DNA of 58,516 bases from a virus (taxonomy: Duplodnaviria; Caudoviricetes), in the IMG/VR virus record IMGVR_UViG_3300031963_000166, positions 1-58,516 of that record; one strand, given 5' to 3'. Of the stretch, positions 47,601 through 57,838 are shown piece by piece. Below the pieces are notes generated by a model, which was not told the origin of the DNA, did no database searches, and saw only the letters and a list, made by a program, of their open reading frames with translations. The position numbers were made by a program, and so were the translations under genes. The first letter of the stretch is position 1. Each line of letters starts with the position of its first letter.

Positions 47601-48904
47601 AGACTATACTGAACATGACCCTTGGCTTCATGCGTCTAAACATCATAACCGCCGAGTACGCATGGAAGTCTGTGCCGGTAATCCCTGCTGCGGCTAAAAT
47701 TGCCAAAGGAACCAATATCCGGTATGTGGACGGCAAACAGACAGAGGTGCCGATGACCACGGAAGACAAGGTAAACGTGATTTTGAAAAACGCTGCGGCA
47801 ACAATGGTGTGGGCGGGGCTGATGGCGTCCATGTTTGATTACGATGAAGAAGAGGAGAAAATTGTTCTTGACCCAGACTCCCCAATCAAGTTCTATGGAT
47901 CAGCAGAAGATTCTAAACAGCGTGCCGAAATAGAGGCTGAAGGTGGCAAGGAGAATTCTATTAACGTTTTTGGAGTCAACATACCATTGCTTACACTTGG
48001 TTTTGCAATCGGTTCCGTTGGGAAGGTTCTTGGCGAAGTCTCTAACGACATCAGGTTCTCCAAAGACGGATCGTCTGAATTGACCTTCGACAAAATGCTC
48101 GCGCTTGTTGTAGGCCAGATGACAGGCAGTGAGATGTCTGCTCCAAAAAGAGCCCTGGATAAGGTTTACCGAGGGTATGGTGAGCCAAAGGCCGGCGAAG
48201 CTCTCGAAATTTTGATGCTCGACGGAATCGAGACAGCGCTGTCTCCGTCTCAGATCGAGCAAATCAAAAATGACTACGAAGCGTGGAAAGGGTATCAAAA
48301 AGAAAAGAGGTCAGGAGTTGTTGACAATATTGTGGAAGACATATACTTCCTTGATGCCTTCATGGATACCAAGGGTGGCAAAATGTACGACCATTTTGGG
48401 CAGCCGGTGTATGTGACACCGAAGACCGACATTGTTACGTTTTTAATGCCCGAAAAAGTGTGGAAGGACGGGACAAGTCACGTTGAAAATAGTCCGTACT
48501 ACAATCTCACAGAGCAAAAGTGGTTTCCAAAAAATTATTCGTCATGGAACGCTAAGGCATGGAATGAAGTTCGTATCTTTGGCAAGACATACGAGGTGCC
48601 TATCGAGGATGAATTCAAGCAGTCGATCGGACTTGTGATTGACAAGGAGACATCTGCGGTTATCGATAGTCACCTTGATGTTATCAAGGGCTTGAATACC
48701 GACGACAGAAAGGTCGAAATGCTTAAGGACTACAGGCAACGTGCAGTGGACACTGTTCGAAGCGAGTTTGAGAGATTGACCGCCCGCGAAATATCCAAGT
48801 CTGTATCTCCAGGCATGCCCGAAGATCAGATCAGGGTCGCCGTAAGCAATGCCCGAGAAAAAGTGATTCTTGAAATGAGGACAAAATACAAAATAGATCA
48901 ATGA
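44675..48904 (+). CDS. Large ejection or internal virion protein (1409 aa)
   Basis: All-helical with hydrophobic segments; C-terminal YDHFGQPV; synteny. Confidence 0.7.
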   Translation: MANPCKITYTPKGGNPREYDYAEFMTALKDGLFAELTRSGAINPNAMKGENPFVATKQKPSPKQTAQDRAVQSMHEFMKDGISAAYGDVKGGAYASRAREQRGMKDKDYVSYNQDSLNLLGQQKFQELLDRYNSGEKDVFDTVLEAMDNMTDRERKNSPVLSPLYSVVLTKAAHHFFMTGNMAAANKIYSELSASLSAKGQDISTASALSAPEQLANRLMFEDTGRQSFLNRVISGEMTIGEAISEIIAIARLDRDQVTSIVARVVPKVGKKIVVPTKSKQSDKRRAEVQAIKDILDKMKSGQPSAMRRGGQPSPSRQNRIPAEIIPHIEELARSYAEDGAVSVNQIKSRVWANLKGLIPGYKTDVDELIDQAAQSLESTIKSNKKASSEARLISALEGVIDDMDASRKKAVKILSDMILENDPGYVAARSRGEKVKARERLQKILANKTEAVGILSSARAIAEAQIMGNENIDPATKQAIINGIDDMVSDILDMPVGKSELRAASSALSDESVKDAIIDIAIKHYGDPQPGIENLAAQLVSDLGVDPAYANELQQLLQSEIADAVSKKMDKEAARIDRIVGNVLAGKEVRKAVVNAITKGELTDTMLGDALMNALDYRGFSAKDIETLRNYFTRLQQLTPGEELYQQINRYINDVLSDYDETTAAMIGRWLTEQMYISALSSVMNTAVMASGVGAVVSTIQHGIFTAIMNPSRMARALKHARSMRKAKATMGWETVAAKWSKPESQFGETTLLERPEEKSHGAVVRVTQKTFAQIFEDIAKAKGNRKGYFIAQAVLKAINHSVTMSGARKRKWMPSFSQISMTMMSAQDILMGGFLQDMYSYIEADRYVHNLNRLSGVPMKKGTEAWSQYKKAKLDEILSAGSGAIEKMQLEVEEEAMDLIRKGEELPKGWRRRRLRDKIHKAMPAEVVNEMAHQAKKALLLQKPETSLGAWIFDGVSRAQGIKDSDNAGRVFGKTILNMTLGFMRLNIITAEYAWKSVPVIPAAAKIAKGTNIRYVDGKQTEVPMTTEDKVNVILKNAAATMVWAGLMASMFDYDEEEEKIVLDPDSPIKFYGSAEDSKQRAEIEAEGGKENSINVFGVNIPLLTLGFAIGSVGKVLGEVSNDIRFSKDGSSELTFDKMLALVVGQMTGSEMSAPKRALDKVYRGYGEPKAGEALEILMLDGIETALSPSQIEQIKNDYEAWKGYQKEKRSGVVDNIVEDIYFLDAFMDTKGGKMYDHFGQPVYVTPKTDIVTFLMPEKVWKDGTSHVENSPYYNLTEQKWFPKNYSSWNAKAWNEVRIFGKTYEVPIEDEFKQSIGLVIDKETSAVIDSHLDVIKGLNTDDRKVEMLKDYRQRAVDTVRSEFERLTAREISKSVSPGMPEDQIRVAVSNAREKVILEMRTKYKIDQ

Positions 48905-48905
48905 T

Positions 48906-49130
48906 ATGCACATAATAGATCAAGCGACACATCCTTCTGACAACCCTGGAGAGCAGGCTTTCGCAATTATCGTGACAGCTATTGCTGCCGTTGTCTCTTG
49001 GCAAGAGCAGTCCGAGTGGTTTTTTAGAATATTGTCACTATTGCTGGCTTCAGTGGTCTCTGCGATCGTCTTGATTAAGCACTACAATGAGCTTTCTAAG
49101 AAAAACGGGCGCAGGCGTAGAACAAAATAA
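48906..49130 (+). CDS. Small two-TM membrane protein (holin-like)
   Basis: Two hydrophobic helices and a basic C-terminus. Confidence 0.5.
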   Translation: MHIIDQATHPSDNPGEQAFAIIVTAIAAVVSWQEQSEWFFRILSLLLASVVSAIVLIKHYNELSKKNGRRRRTK

Positions 49131-49270
49131 ATGCCGCGAACATGCTGGTTCAGCGGCAAATATTAGTTTCGTCTCCCGACGTGTTGTTAAACTTTTGCAA
49201 AAATATCAAAAAACACACTAAAAATCCAAATTAAATTAATTAGTGTTAATTTTGCAGCAGTAAGTCTGAT

Positions 49271-49924
49271 ATGATAAAAATTAACATTGCCAACCCTGAG
49301 TTCCCTGAGTTGTCCGAATACAACCGAATCATGGGGTATCTCAAGGGGCAGTACCCTGAGCTATCCGTGTCTGTGGTTCGATCTGGCGACAATTATGCTA
49401 TGAGCAAGGTGTCTGTATCGAGAGTTCGAGAGACTCATGTTCTTGCGGAGGGGTTCGCTATATATCCGCACTCACCAAACGCGGCTATCGGGCAATTAAA
49501 AGCCGATATTATCGCGATCACTCGATGCATGAAAGAGCTCGGTATTGAGTTTGAGTACATAGACTTTCACGTTTCTCGCCCCGAGCAAGTGCACGTTACG
49601 CGCTCAAAAATGAACTCTTGCGTATCTGTAAGACAGCTTGTCTCTGTTTTAGAGGATGCCAATCACGAAAAACTACCAGAGGTATTAGCGTTTGTTGAGT
49701 CAAAGAGAGCCAAAGGTGGCCGCCCGAGTAAGAAGTCTATTATCGACATGGTTTTCTCTTCTCAAGAGGTAGACAAGAGGTCTTCGCCGTTGAGAACTGG
49801 AATTGAATGGGCAAACGTAAAGAGGTTGTGGGCAGATAAATTTCAGTCTTCAAAGTTTGTCAAACAATACAAAAGTCTTGATGAATTTTGTACATTTGCA
49901 ACCGAAGAAGAGGTTAGCCAATGA
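49271..49924 (+). CDS. Hypothetical protein
   Basis: 217 aa; TAATTTTG box at 49247-49254; KGGRPSKK motif. Confidence 0.7.
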   Translation: MIKINIANPEFPELSEYNRIMGYLKGQYPELSVSVVRSGDNYAMSKVSVSRVRETHVLAEGFAIYPHSPNAAIGQLKADIIAITRCMKELGIEFEYIDFHVSRPEQVHVTRSKMNSCVSVRQLVSVLEDANHEKLPEVLAFVESKRAKGGRPSKKSIIDMVFSSQEVDKRSSPLRTGIEWANVKRLWADKFQSSKFVKQYKSLDEFCTFATEEEVSQ

Positions 49925-52900
49925 ATTTAGATTCGGTGGTAAAAATACAAGTTGAAGGAAACGACATGGTGTCGTTTCTTGACTCGTCGAACGACTATGT
50001 GCATTCGGTTAACCAAGTCATTCCTACCAATACTCCTACATACCTATCTTACAGGTACGATAGGATTACTATATCTCAAGACCCGGGTAGTTCTATTTCT
50101 TTTTCCGTTTATGCGATCCAAGAGGTTGGGGGAAACTCATTCACTCCGCTTTCGTTTCAGAGTCCTGCGGAAGATGTCTTAAAGAGAACAAAGGATATTT
50201 ACAAACTACTCGTCTCTTCTGTTTTCAAGGGGTGTTGCGACTGCGGTGACTCTTCCCAAGAGTGTTCCATACATTATACGCATGGAGACGCCACTGTAGA
50301 TGGCCATTTTTTGTACGATCCCGGCAATGCTATTAAATTTTCGTATGTTACTGGCGGCAACCAGGATTTCTCAGGGTTTTTCCCGATTGTTCAGGATGGA
50401 TCTTGGGTTTTTGTCTTTAGCAAAACTGACCCAACGGTGTATGCCGTTCTTCAATTGTCTTCTTTTGTTGATGCCGGCACCTACTGTGTTTTTAGCGCCA
50501 CTGAGCTTAATGCTAACGGGGTGCCGTTTGTTGATGGAACTGAGTTTTGCATTCAGTTTACCAGCGTAGGCGGAAGCTTGGTTCAGGGTCTTCAGGATGT
50601 CATCACTCACGACCCGGTTTTAACAACAGACAATTCGGTAGACGGCAACAGCACGGACATGAACTGGATCGATTTTGATACGTTCACTGTAACCGGAACC
50701 TCTGCTGTAGAGCTTGAGGTGCATAACGGAACAGGGAGAGCTTCTGTTCTTGCGGGGACAGGGGAGGCCGAGGTTTTGTACTACACGTCTGGAGTCCCCA
50801 TTGGCTTCATTGCTACGTCTACAGAGACGAAGGTTGTAACACCCGCCGTAAGCACAGGCGCGGCAACGCCAGGACAGGTATTGACCCTTGTGTCGATCGA
50901 TGGGTCTGCGGAATGGCAAACACCCGCGTCAGGATCTGGAACGGTTACGTCAGTAGACATAACTGTGCCGTCTGCCTTCTCCGCTTCCGGCGGCCCGATC
51001 ACATCCGCAGGAACGATTGCTATATCCGCCGTTGGTACGTCGGGTCAATACATTAAGGGGGACGGAACGCTTGGTAATTTTCCTGATCTTGGCGGTGGCG
51101 CCTCTGTGAATTATTACCTTAACGGCTCTGTTAACCAGGGCGTTTTTGGCGGAGATACTTATTACGAAATGAACAGGGTGCCTGTCGTTGGATCGGGTAC
51201 TAACTTTACAATAGCAACCAACGGATATATAGCTCAATTTATAACAGATGCAAACGACCCGTCTCAACTTAATATACCAGCGGGCAATTGGAATTTTGAG
51301 ATGTATTTCCAAGCGTCAAGCGCAGGCGGGAGCCCTTCATTTTATGTAGAGCTATACAAATGGGATGGAGCGGCTTTTACTTTAATAGCATCAAGTTCTG
51401 CTAGCCCTGAAGGAATAACTAATGGCACAACACTAGATTTATATCTTACCGCATTGGCTGTACCCGCCACCACTTTGGCTCTCACAGATAGATTAGCGGT
51501 AAGGGTGTATGTAAATAATAGCGGTAGGACAATTACCCTGCATACGGAAGACAACAATCTGTGTCAAGTTATAACCACTTTTACAACGGGTTTAACCGCA
51601 TTGAATGGACTTACTGCACAAGTACAGAATTTAGCAGTAGGAACATCGGGAACTGACTTTAATATTAGTTCTGTTACAGCAACACACACGTTTAATTTAC
51701 CAACGGCCTCAGCTACGAACAGAGGTGCCTTATCTTCTTCCGACTGGACAACATTTAATTCGAAGGAGCCCGCGATAGCTGCCGGCACTACGGCTCAGTA
51801 TTGGAGGGGTGACAAGACGTGGCAAACTCTCGACACTCTTGTTGTTCCTGAAAACACCAATCTTTACTTCACCAACTCAAGGGCAAGGCTTTCTATCAGC
51901 CTGACAACTACGGGAACAAGCGGTGCGGCCACTTACGATAACACTACCGGGGTGTTAAATATCCCGCAATATTCGTCTGGTGGGGGAGGTGGTATATCGT
52001 CTCTTAATGGCCTTACCGCAGCGACACAGACGTTTGCTGTTGGCACATCAGGCACAGATTTTGGCATATCTTCCACTTCTTCGACTCACACATTTAATTT
52101 GCCGACAGCCTCAGCCACAAACAGAGGTGCGCTTTCTTCTACCGACTGGACTACATTTAACGACAAGGCTCCAACAAGTTCCCCTGCGTTCACAGGCGTC
52201 CCAACAGCGCCTACCGCAGCGTCTGGAACGAGTACCACCCAAATAGCCACTACGGCATTTGTTCAGAACGCAGTAGCGCAGTCGGCCTCTCCTGAGTCAA
52301 CATTTGGTGATGGATCTGACGGAAACGTCACGGTAACCGGACCTATCAGCCTGACGTCCGACATGTACTACAACGACCTGACCATCTCTGGTGCGGGGTC
52401 AATCAATATGGCTGGGTACAGGGTGTTTGTGACCGGCAATCTTGACTTATCGAACGCAGGCGCAAGTGCTCTCCATGCTAATGGTACAAGCGGGATAAAC
52501 AACGCTACATCAGCAGCCGCTGCCGGGCAGCGCGGAGGAGTCGGGGTGACCTCCCCAGGATGGGGAACCGCCGAGTCGGGCGTCGCGCTTGGAGGCACGA
52601 GCGGGGCTGGTGGTACGTCACCTACAGGAAACGGAGCAAACGGCTCTGCCCCTACAAGTATAGGGGCCAACACGAGACATACAAGCGGTGGACCCGGTGG
52701 AGCCGGTGGAGCCGGTGGAGCTGCGACAGGAACCGGGGGAACCGGAGGCGCAGCACAGTCAACCTCAACATCTCCTGTGGCAAACGTGATAAGAACATTT
52801 ATACACGCGGCAAGAAATCTTGACTTCACAAGGTATACAATTAATTCTTCGAGCGGCGGTGCTTATGTTGCTGTCAATACTTGCGGCGGTAGACATGGCG

Positions 52901-53400
52901 GAGGCGGTGCCGGTGGCGGTGCCTCGACCGGTAACGGCAAGTCTGGCGGATCTGGTGGAGGAGGAGGCGGTATAGCTGTGATATACGCAAGGCAAATTAC
53001 AGTCGGAGCCTCCACTAATTCGGCGGCGATTTCTGCCCTTGGTGGGAATGGCGGTGCTGGCGGAACATCTGCGTTCAATAGCGGTGGCGGCGGCGGCGGT
53101 GGTGCCGGCGGCGGCGGTTATGTGTACCTTGTTTTTGGATCTGTCACCGGTGGTTCGTATACGTTTGTATCAGCGGCCGGAGGAACAGGCGGAACGGGTA
53201 GTGACGGGACCGGACCGGGGGCTATTGGCGGAACAGGCGGAACAGGCGGGTCGGGGGGAAGAATAACGGCTATAAACCTGTCAACAGGAGATATGACGCA
53301 CGTCGATGGGACAGGAAATGCGGCTTCAGCCCCGGTGACCGCAACAACATCTACAGGAACCGCAGGGACCGTCGGAGGCACCTGCACATTCTCTTCTTGA
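49921..53400 (+). CDS. Tail fibre or receptor-binding protein with glycine-rich C-terminal domain
   Basis: T/G/S-rich; [12 protein letters not shown] ... [10 protein letters not shown] fibre motif; FGDGSDGNV followed by a Gly-rich domain. Confidence 0.82.
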   Translation: MNLDSVVKIQVEGNDMVSFLDSSNDYVHSVNQVIPTNTPTYLSYRYDRITISQDPGSSISFSVYAIQEVGGNSFTPLSFQSPAEDVLKRTKDIYKLLVSSVFKGCCDCGDSSQECSIHYTHGDATVDGHFLYDPGNAIKFSYVTGGNQDFSGFFPIVQDGSWVFVFSKTDPTVYAVLQLSSFVDAGTYCVFSATELNANGVPFVDGTEFCIQFTSVGGSLVQGLQDVITHDPVLTTDNSVDGNSTDMNWIDFDTFTVTGTSAVELEVHNGTGRASVLAGTGEAEVLYYTSGVPIGFIATSTETKVVTPAVSTGAATPGQVLTLVSIDGSAEWQTPASGSGTVTSVDITVPSAFSASGGPITSAGTIAISAVGTSGQYIKGDGTLGNFPDLGGGASVNYYLNGSVNQGVFGGDTYYEMNRVPVVGSGTNFTIATNGYIAQFITDANDPSQLNIPAGNWNFEMYFQASSAGGSPSFYVELYKWDGAAFTLIASSSASPEGITNGTTLDLYLTALAVPATTLALTDRLAVRVYVNNSGRTITLHTEDNNLCQVITTFTTGLTALNGLTAQVQNLAVGTSGTDFNISSVTATHTFNLPTASATNRGALSSSDWTTFNSKEPAIAAGTTAQYWRGDKTWQTLDTLVVPENTNLYFTNSRARLSISLTTTGTSGAATYDNTTGVLNIPQYSSGGGGGISSLNGLTAATQTFAVGTSGTDFGISSTSSTHTFNLPTASATNRGALSSTDWTTFNDKAPTSSPAFTGVPTAPTAASGTSTTQIATTAFVQNAVAQSASPESTFGDGSDGNVTVTGPISLTSDMYYNDLTISGAGSINMAGYRVFVTGNLDLSNAGASALHANGTSGINNATSAAAAGQRGGVGVTSPGWGTAESGVALGGTSGAGGTSPTGNGANGSAPTSIGANTRHTSGGPGGAGGAGGAATGTGGTGGAAQSTSTSPVANVIRTFIHAARNLDFTRYTINSSSGGAYVAVNTCGGRHGGGGAGGGASTGNGKSGGSGGGGGGIAVIYARQITVGASTNSAAISALGGNGGAGGTSAFNSGGGGGGGAGGGGYVYLVFGSVTGGSYTFVSAAGGTGGTGSDGTGPGAIGGTGGTGGSGGRITAINLSTGDMTHVDGTGNAASAPVTATTSTGTAGTVGGTCTFSS
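51601..52167 (+). repeat. Internal 55-aa duplication in the tail fibre (51601-51765 and 52003-52167)
   Basis: LNGLTA ... [12 protein letters not shown] ... [26 protein letters not shown] occurs twice. Confidence 0.9.
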
Positions 53401-53402
53401 TA

Positions 53403-53612
53403 ATGGAAAGGATAATAATGATATGCAGTAATTGCTCGACAGAACTCGGATATGTTGAAGTATCCGAGGTGAGCCAAGGATTTTATCGTAAGTATATTTG
53501 CGGGGTGTGTATGGCTAACCTTGTGCCAGACAGCAATAGCCCGATAGAGGATATTCCTGAGGAACCCCCTATTGATGAAGAGCCAATAAATGAAGAGCCA
53601 ATAAACGAATAA
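53403..53612 (+). CDS. Small zinc-ribbon-like protein with acidic EEPI repeats
   Basis: CSNC ... CGVC; EEPPIDEEPINEEPINE. Confidence 0.6.
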   Translation: MERIIMICSNCSTELGYVEVSEVSQGFYRKYICGVCMANLVPDSNSPIEDIPEEPPIDEEPINEEPINE

Positions 53613-53623
53613 GGGCAATAAAG

Positions 53624-55708
53624 ATGAAAATTAACTCAGTAAAATTTAAGGATAAAAATTCCTTTAATAAAAACAAGTCTAAAAGGAATGTTATTGAATT
53701 CCATGAGCCTTTTGGTATAATTGTATTTGCAGACGAGCAGCCAGTTGAGCCAGATGTGCAAAAGGTTTCATGTGTCACCGAAGTTACTTCTGATCTTGAG
53801 GAAATACCGTCAGGACTTGCTGTAGTAAGGGCTAATGATTACGCCAAGGCTATTGAATTAGTAAAATCTTTAGGATATAATATAGTTGAAGAGTTTAAAG
53901 CACTGTCTCAATTTGTAGTAGACATGCCTGAGTTTACTGAATTTAAAGATTTCAAAAATACTCTTATTTCTGACTCTATATCAGAAGTAATAGAGGACAT
54001 GATTGTAAAAGTAGTAGAACAAGGTGATACTACCCCGTATTCTGGTCACTGGCACTTTGCTAATTTAAAGGCTCAGCAGGCTTGGGATCAATTGCCCGCC
54101 GGTGTTGTAAAAGATATCGCTGTTCTTGATATTGCCTGCGATGTTAATCATGAAGACCTTATTGGAAGAACTAATTTAAACTGGAATTGTGTTACTGACA
54201 CTCCTGACGTAGCCCCGGTTTCGGTAAACGAAAAACATGGAACTTGCTGTGCTGGAATTATAGCTGCAGCCACTAATAATAATGTTGGCGTAGCTTCACT
54301 TGGTAATAATCAACTTAGAGTACAATTTTTACATATAGGGTATAATTCAACTTCTTCTGGCTCATTTAGTACATCAGATAGTATTTTAACAAGAGCTGTA
54401 AATAAAGCAATGGCAAATCCTGATTGTGTAGGAATTTCTATGTCTTTTGGTGGTGGTGGATACCGCACCGCTTTTGCTCAAGCTTTACTATTAGCCTCTA
54501 CAACAGGGAGAGAAGGTAAGGGTATTCCTTGTATGGCTTCTTCAGGAAATAGTAATTCAAATGAATTTACTCAATATCCTGCTTGCTATCCAGGGGTAAT
54601 GGCAATTGGGGCATCCACTTCAGCAAACACAAGAGCTTCTTTTAGTAATTACGGAACAAAACTCTTTGCTTCTGCCCCAGGAACCTCTGTAATAACAACA
54701 GACAGAACTGGAGCTGATGGATATCACCCAACTAATTATCATTATTTTTCTGGAACATCAGCAGCTTGCCCTGTTTTTGCTGCTGTTGTTGGGGCTTGTT
54801 TGATTAAAAACCCAAACTTGACAGATTCTCAATTGAAGGTAGTTCTTGCAAATTCATGTAGAAAAATTGGCGGATATGTTTATGATACAAATGGAAAATC
54901 CTTAGAGTTAGGATACGGTATTATAGATATGGATCTTGCTGTTAGAAACGCTGGCCAAGCAGTGGTTACACCTCCGCCACCCCCACCTCCAGCACCTATT
55001 AATGTAGATATTACTTCATCAATAACAGCAAATAGTATTGCTACAATAGGAACACCATTGAGTGTATTTTTGTCGATTAGCATGAATCAGGAACCTGGAT
55101 TTGCATTAACAAATATTCCTTTTAGGTTTTTTGTTAACCAAGGAACAAGTTCTGAATTTAGTTCCGCGTCTTATGCCATTACCAGTGCTTTTCTTCAGCT
55201 TGGAAATGGGTTGTATTCTGCAAATACAACGATTAACTTTATTATCCCTACAAATTTTACTACTGGTCAATACACCTTGGTTTGTCAAGTAGATCATACT
55301 AATGTTGTTAACGAAACCAATGAAAGCAACAATACATTTTCAAGAGCTATTACTTTGGTGTCCCCAATACCAGAACCCCCTGTTGGTACTGTTGATTTAG
55401 GGATTGTGCTAAAAGACTTCTCTTGGTCAAGTGGTAGATTAAGAATCGGCTATGACTTAAAAAACAATGGTTCAGCCACAATTAACTCTTTCACATTGGT
55501 TAGAGGATTTGAAGGCAATACTCAATTGACATCGAACAGTAATCAGACCCTTAGACCCGGGCAGTCTGTTTACATTAACACTAATTGGCCGACAACCCTC
55601 ACCCCTCAATTACCTGCGGTTTTTAGAGCTACATTAACTAAGGTTAACGGGCAAAATGCGGATAGTAATGCAGCTAACAATGTGTCAACATTATTAATTA
55701 CTACATGA
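53624..55708 (+). CDS. Subtilisin-like serine protease (S8) with C-terminal CARDB/Ig-like domains
   Basis: IAVLD, HGTCCAG, SSGN, SGTSAACP; Pro linker; VDHTNVVNETNESNN and DSNAANN. Confidence 0.92.
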   Translation: MKINSVKFKDKNSFNKNKSKRNVIEFHEPFGIIVFADEQPVEPDVQKVSCVTEVTSDLEEIPSGLAVVRANDYAKAIELVKSLGYNIVEEFKALSQFVVDMPEFTEFKDFKNTLISDSISEVIEDMIVKVVEQGDTTPYSGHWHFANLKAQQAWDQLPAGVVKDIAVLDIACDVNHEDLIGRTNLNWNCVTDTPDVAPVSVNEKHGTCCAGIIAAATNNNVGVASLGNNQLRVQFLHIGYNSTSSGSFSTSDSILTRAVNKAMANPDCVGISMSFGGGGYRTAFAQALLLASTTGREGKGIPCMASSGNSNSNEFTQYPACYPGVMAIGASTSANTRASFSNYGTKLFASAPGTSVITTDRTGADGYHPTNYHYFSGTSAACPVFAAVVGACLIKNPNLTDSQLKVVLANSCRKIGGYVYDTNGKSLELGYGIIDMDLAVRNAGQAVVTPPPPPPPAPINVDITSSITANSIATIGTPLSVFLSISMNQEPGFALTNIPFRFFVNQGTSSEFSSASYAITSAFLQLGNGLYSANTTINFIIPTNFTTGQYTLVCQVDHTNVVNETNESNNTFSRAITLVSPIPEPPVGTVDLGIVLKDFSWSSGRLRIGYDLKNNGSATINSFTLVRGFEGNTQLTSNSNQTLRPGQSVYINTNWPTTLTPQLPAVFRATLTKVNGQNADSNAANNVSTLLITT

Positions 55709-55709
55709 A

Positions 55710-56105
55710 ATGAAGAAAATCTTAAAATATTTACAACTATTTGACGGTATATGGTCAATACCGCTGTCGTTTTTTTTATTCTTTCTTATTGGGAGATTGG
55801 GGTATGAGTATTTTGGAGACGCATTAATATCTACAGAATACATTCAAATTGTTGCTATGGCAGCCCTTGTATTGATTCTTGGTAATTTCGTAGTATTCTT
55901 AGGGATTAACTTTAATTTTAGAAGGCTGCAAAAATATATTTACGGGGATAGTATTAAGACTGATTTAACGTATATTGAACCATGGAAAAAAATAAAGTTG
56001 TATTTTATTGTCTATTTTTCCTATTTGCTATTATTCCTGTTTATCCTGTGGTTGCTAATGACGGCTACTGCGTCCGCGCTACCTCTGAATATTATGTCGG
56101 AGTAA
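55710..56105 (+). CDS. Three-TM membrane protein, probable holin
   Basis: Three hydrophobic helices; directly upstream of the endolysin. Confidence 0.6.
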   Translation: MKKILKYLQLFDGIWSIPLSFFLFFLIGRLGYEYFGDALISTEYIQIVAMAALVLILGNFVVFLGINFNFRRLQKYIYGDSIKTDLTYIEPWKKIKLYFIVYFSYLLLFLFILWLLMTATASALPLNIMSE

Positions 56106-56551
56106 GGGAAAAGGGAGGGAACAACAACGGTTTTACCAGCAGGGAATTACAGCGTGAAATGACAAAGGCCGGATGGCGCCCAGGCTATGCGTGGTGCTCT
56201 TTCTTTGTGAAGGCTGTCCTCGATGCATGCGGTGTCCAAAACTCCATCACCGGATGGTCGCCTTCTGCTTACAACAGAAAGGATGTTATTTATACAGACG
56301 GCAGGTTTAAAAAGTCTTTCTCTAACGGCGACGTTTTGATATTCACCTTGAGCTATCAAAAGTTCTTGGGTAAAAGATACAAGGGGATAGGCCACACCGG
56401 GGTCGTTGACTGGGTCGGGAAATATTCCGTTAGGACTATAGAAGGGAACACGAATGATCAGGGGATGCGTGACAGCAGGACTGGAGACGGGGTATACATA
56501 AAGATTCGCCCGTTAAACTCCAGCCTCCATATCACAAGGTGGGGAAAGTAA
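55982..56551 (+). CDS. CHAP-domain endolysin with N-terminal signal-like segment
   Basis: AWCSFFV, GHTGVV, TIEGNT. Confidence 0.88.
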   Translation: MEKNKVVFYCLFFLFAIIPVYPVVANDGYCVRATSEYYVGVREKGGNNNGFTSRELQREMTKAGWRPGYAWCSFFVKAVLDACGVQNSITGWSPSAYNRKDVIYTDGRFKKSFSNGDVLIFTLSYQKFLGKRYKGIGHTGVVDWVGKYSVRTIEGNTNDQGMRDSRTGDGVYIKIRPLNSSLHITRWGK

Positions 56552-56554
56552 TCA

Positions 56555-56971
56555 TCAGAACACAGCAAGGTATATGACCCCGGCCGTAGCGATTACGCCA
56601 TAGCACTTCCAAAAGATCTTCTTTCTCTTTTCTGACTTGAATTTCGACTTCTCTTCAAGGTACTGGGTCTTGAGGAACCGGATTTCAGCGTTAGCGTTAT
56701 CAAGAGATTCCTTGCATAAATCTCCATTTTCGATCGCTAAATCAAGCGCTTTTTGGGCTGCGTCGAGCTGATCCTTGTACATTCGGATTCTTTCTGACCT
56801 GGCGTCCAGGCTGATTTTGTCAACCCGAATCGTTTCGGCAGCAGCCGATATTACCTCCTGAGCTTCCCGGGGCACTTTTGGCGCATTATTCGCTTGGCAT
56901 AAGCCTTCCTGAGCGATACTCGTTAAGAAGATAATTCCAAGAATTGTTGTAAGTTTTTTGAAGTGAGTCAT
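56555..56971 (-). CDS. Spanin-like envelope protein (signal, coiled coil, C-terminal TM)
   Basis: Trimmed to ATG of MTHFKK; overlaps the 3' end of the upstream gene. Confidence 0.5.
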   Translation of the reverse strand: MTHFKKLTTILGIIFLTSIAQEGLCQANNAPKVPREAQEVISAAAETIRVDKISLDARSERIRMYKDQLDAAQKALDLAIENGDLCKESLDNANAEIRFLKTQYLEEKSKFKSEKRKKIFWKCYGVIATAGVIYLAVF

Positions 56972-57284
56972 TTGATAAATGTGGTATTTGTGATACATAG
57001 TTTCTTGATGTTTTAATCATAGCGGCCTCTTGCTCTCTCATGATTTGGTCGTAGGCCATAAACGAATCTATGGCTGCCTTGGTTTCGATAATGATCTGGG
57101 TATTGTTATTCATGCTTTCGAGGTTCTCCTGATTAATTTCCCTAAGCCTTTCTATGGCCTCAGACTCTTGGCTGCCAGTATTTCTTAGCACCCCCATATT
57201 GAATACGACGATAAATGTCCCCACAAGAATAGCGACCGATATTGAGAGCGTCAGCAGAACGTATATGTTTCTCGTTTTGTCCAT
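56886..57284 (-). CDS. i-spanin-like protein (N-terminal TM and coiled coil)
   Basis: Single N-terminal TM; TAAATTTG box at 57289-57296 just upstream. Confidence 0.5.
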   Translation of the reverse strand: MDKTRNIYVLLTLSISVAILVGTFIVVFNMGVLRNTGSQESEAIERLREINQENLESMNNNTQIIIETKAAIDSFMAYDQIMREQEAAMIKTSRNYVSQIPHLSNDSLQKTYNNSWNYLLNEYRSGRLMPSE

Positions 57285-57478
57285 GTTGCAAATTTACTCA
57301 AAGTTTGAATAGCCTAAGTCTTCCCATTTCGGCCTCTGTTTTGCTGCCTCTTTTAGCTCTTGCTTCATAATCAACCAAGACAGCGGAAGCTCGTTAGGGG
57401 AGATGTGCTTGTTCGGTTTGACACTTGGTATTTTTTTCTTTTTTTTTTTTGCCTTCCATTTGATTGCGTTAACATTTG

Positions 57479-57835
57479 TTAATAAAAAATAAAACGAAGA
57501 GTTTGTATCTGCCTGTTCAGCACAGCGATGCCAGTTTCTTCCCGGTATTCTTTTTTTGCTTGAATTGAGTCAGTTTTATTCATGGCCTTCAGCCATTCTT
57601 TGTAACCACCATTAATCTGCTCAATTCTTCGGGAGAGGCGTTCGATTTCTTCCTTAACAAACTCTTCTCTGGGGGCGGTCTCGAGATATAGCTTCACCTC
57701 TTTGAGCCTCTTGACTTCCTTTTTTATCCGCGCCAATTGTTTTTTTGATTTGACGTCATTCTTGAGTAGTCTCAACTCATTTGCCCCTTGATAGGCAATG
57801 GTCATCATTTCGTTAATTTCTGATTTTGTTTTCAT
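57479..57835 (-). CDS. Hypothetical helical protein
   Basis: 118 aa, 3 nt downstream of ninG. Confidence 0.7.
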   Translation of the reverse strand: MKTKSEINEMMTIAYQGANELRLLKNDVKSKKQLARIKKEVKRLKEVKLYLETAPREEFVKEEIERLSRRIEQINGGYKEWLKAMNKTDSIQAKKEYREETGIAVLNRQIQTLRFIFY

Positions 57836-57838
57836 GTT

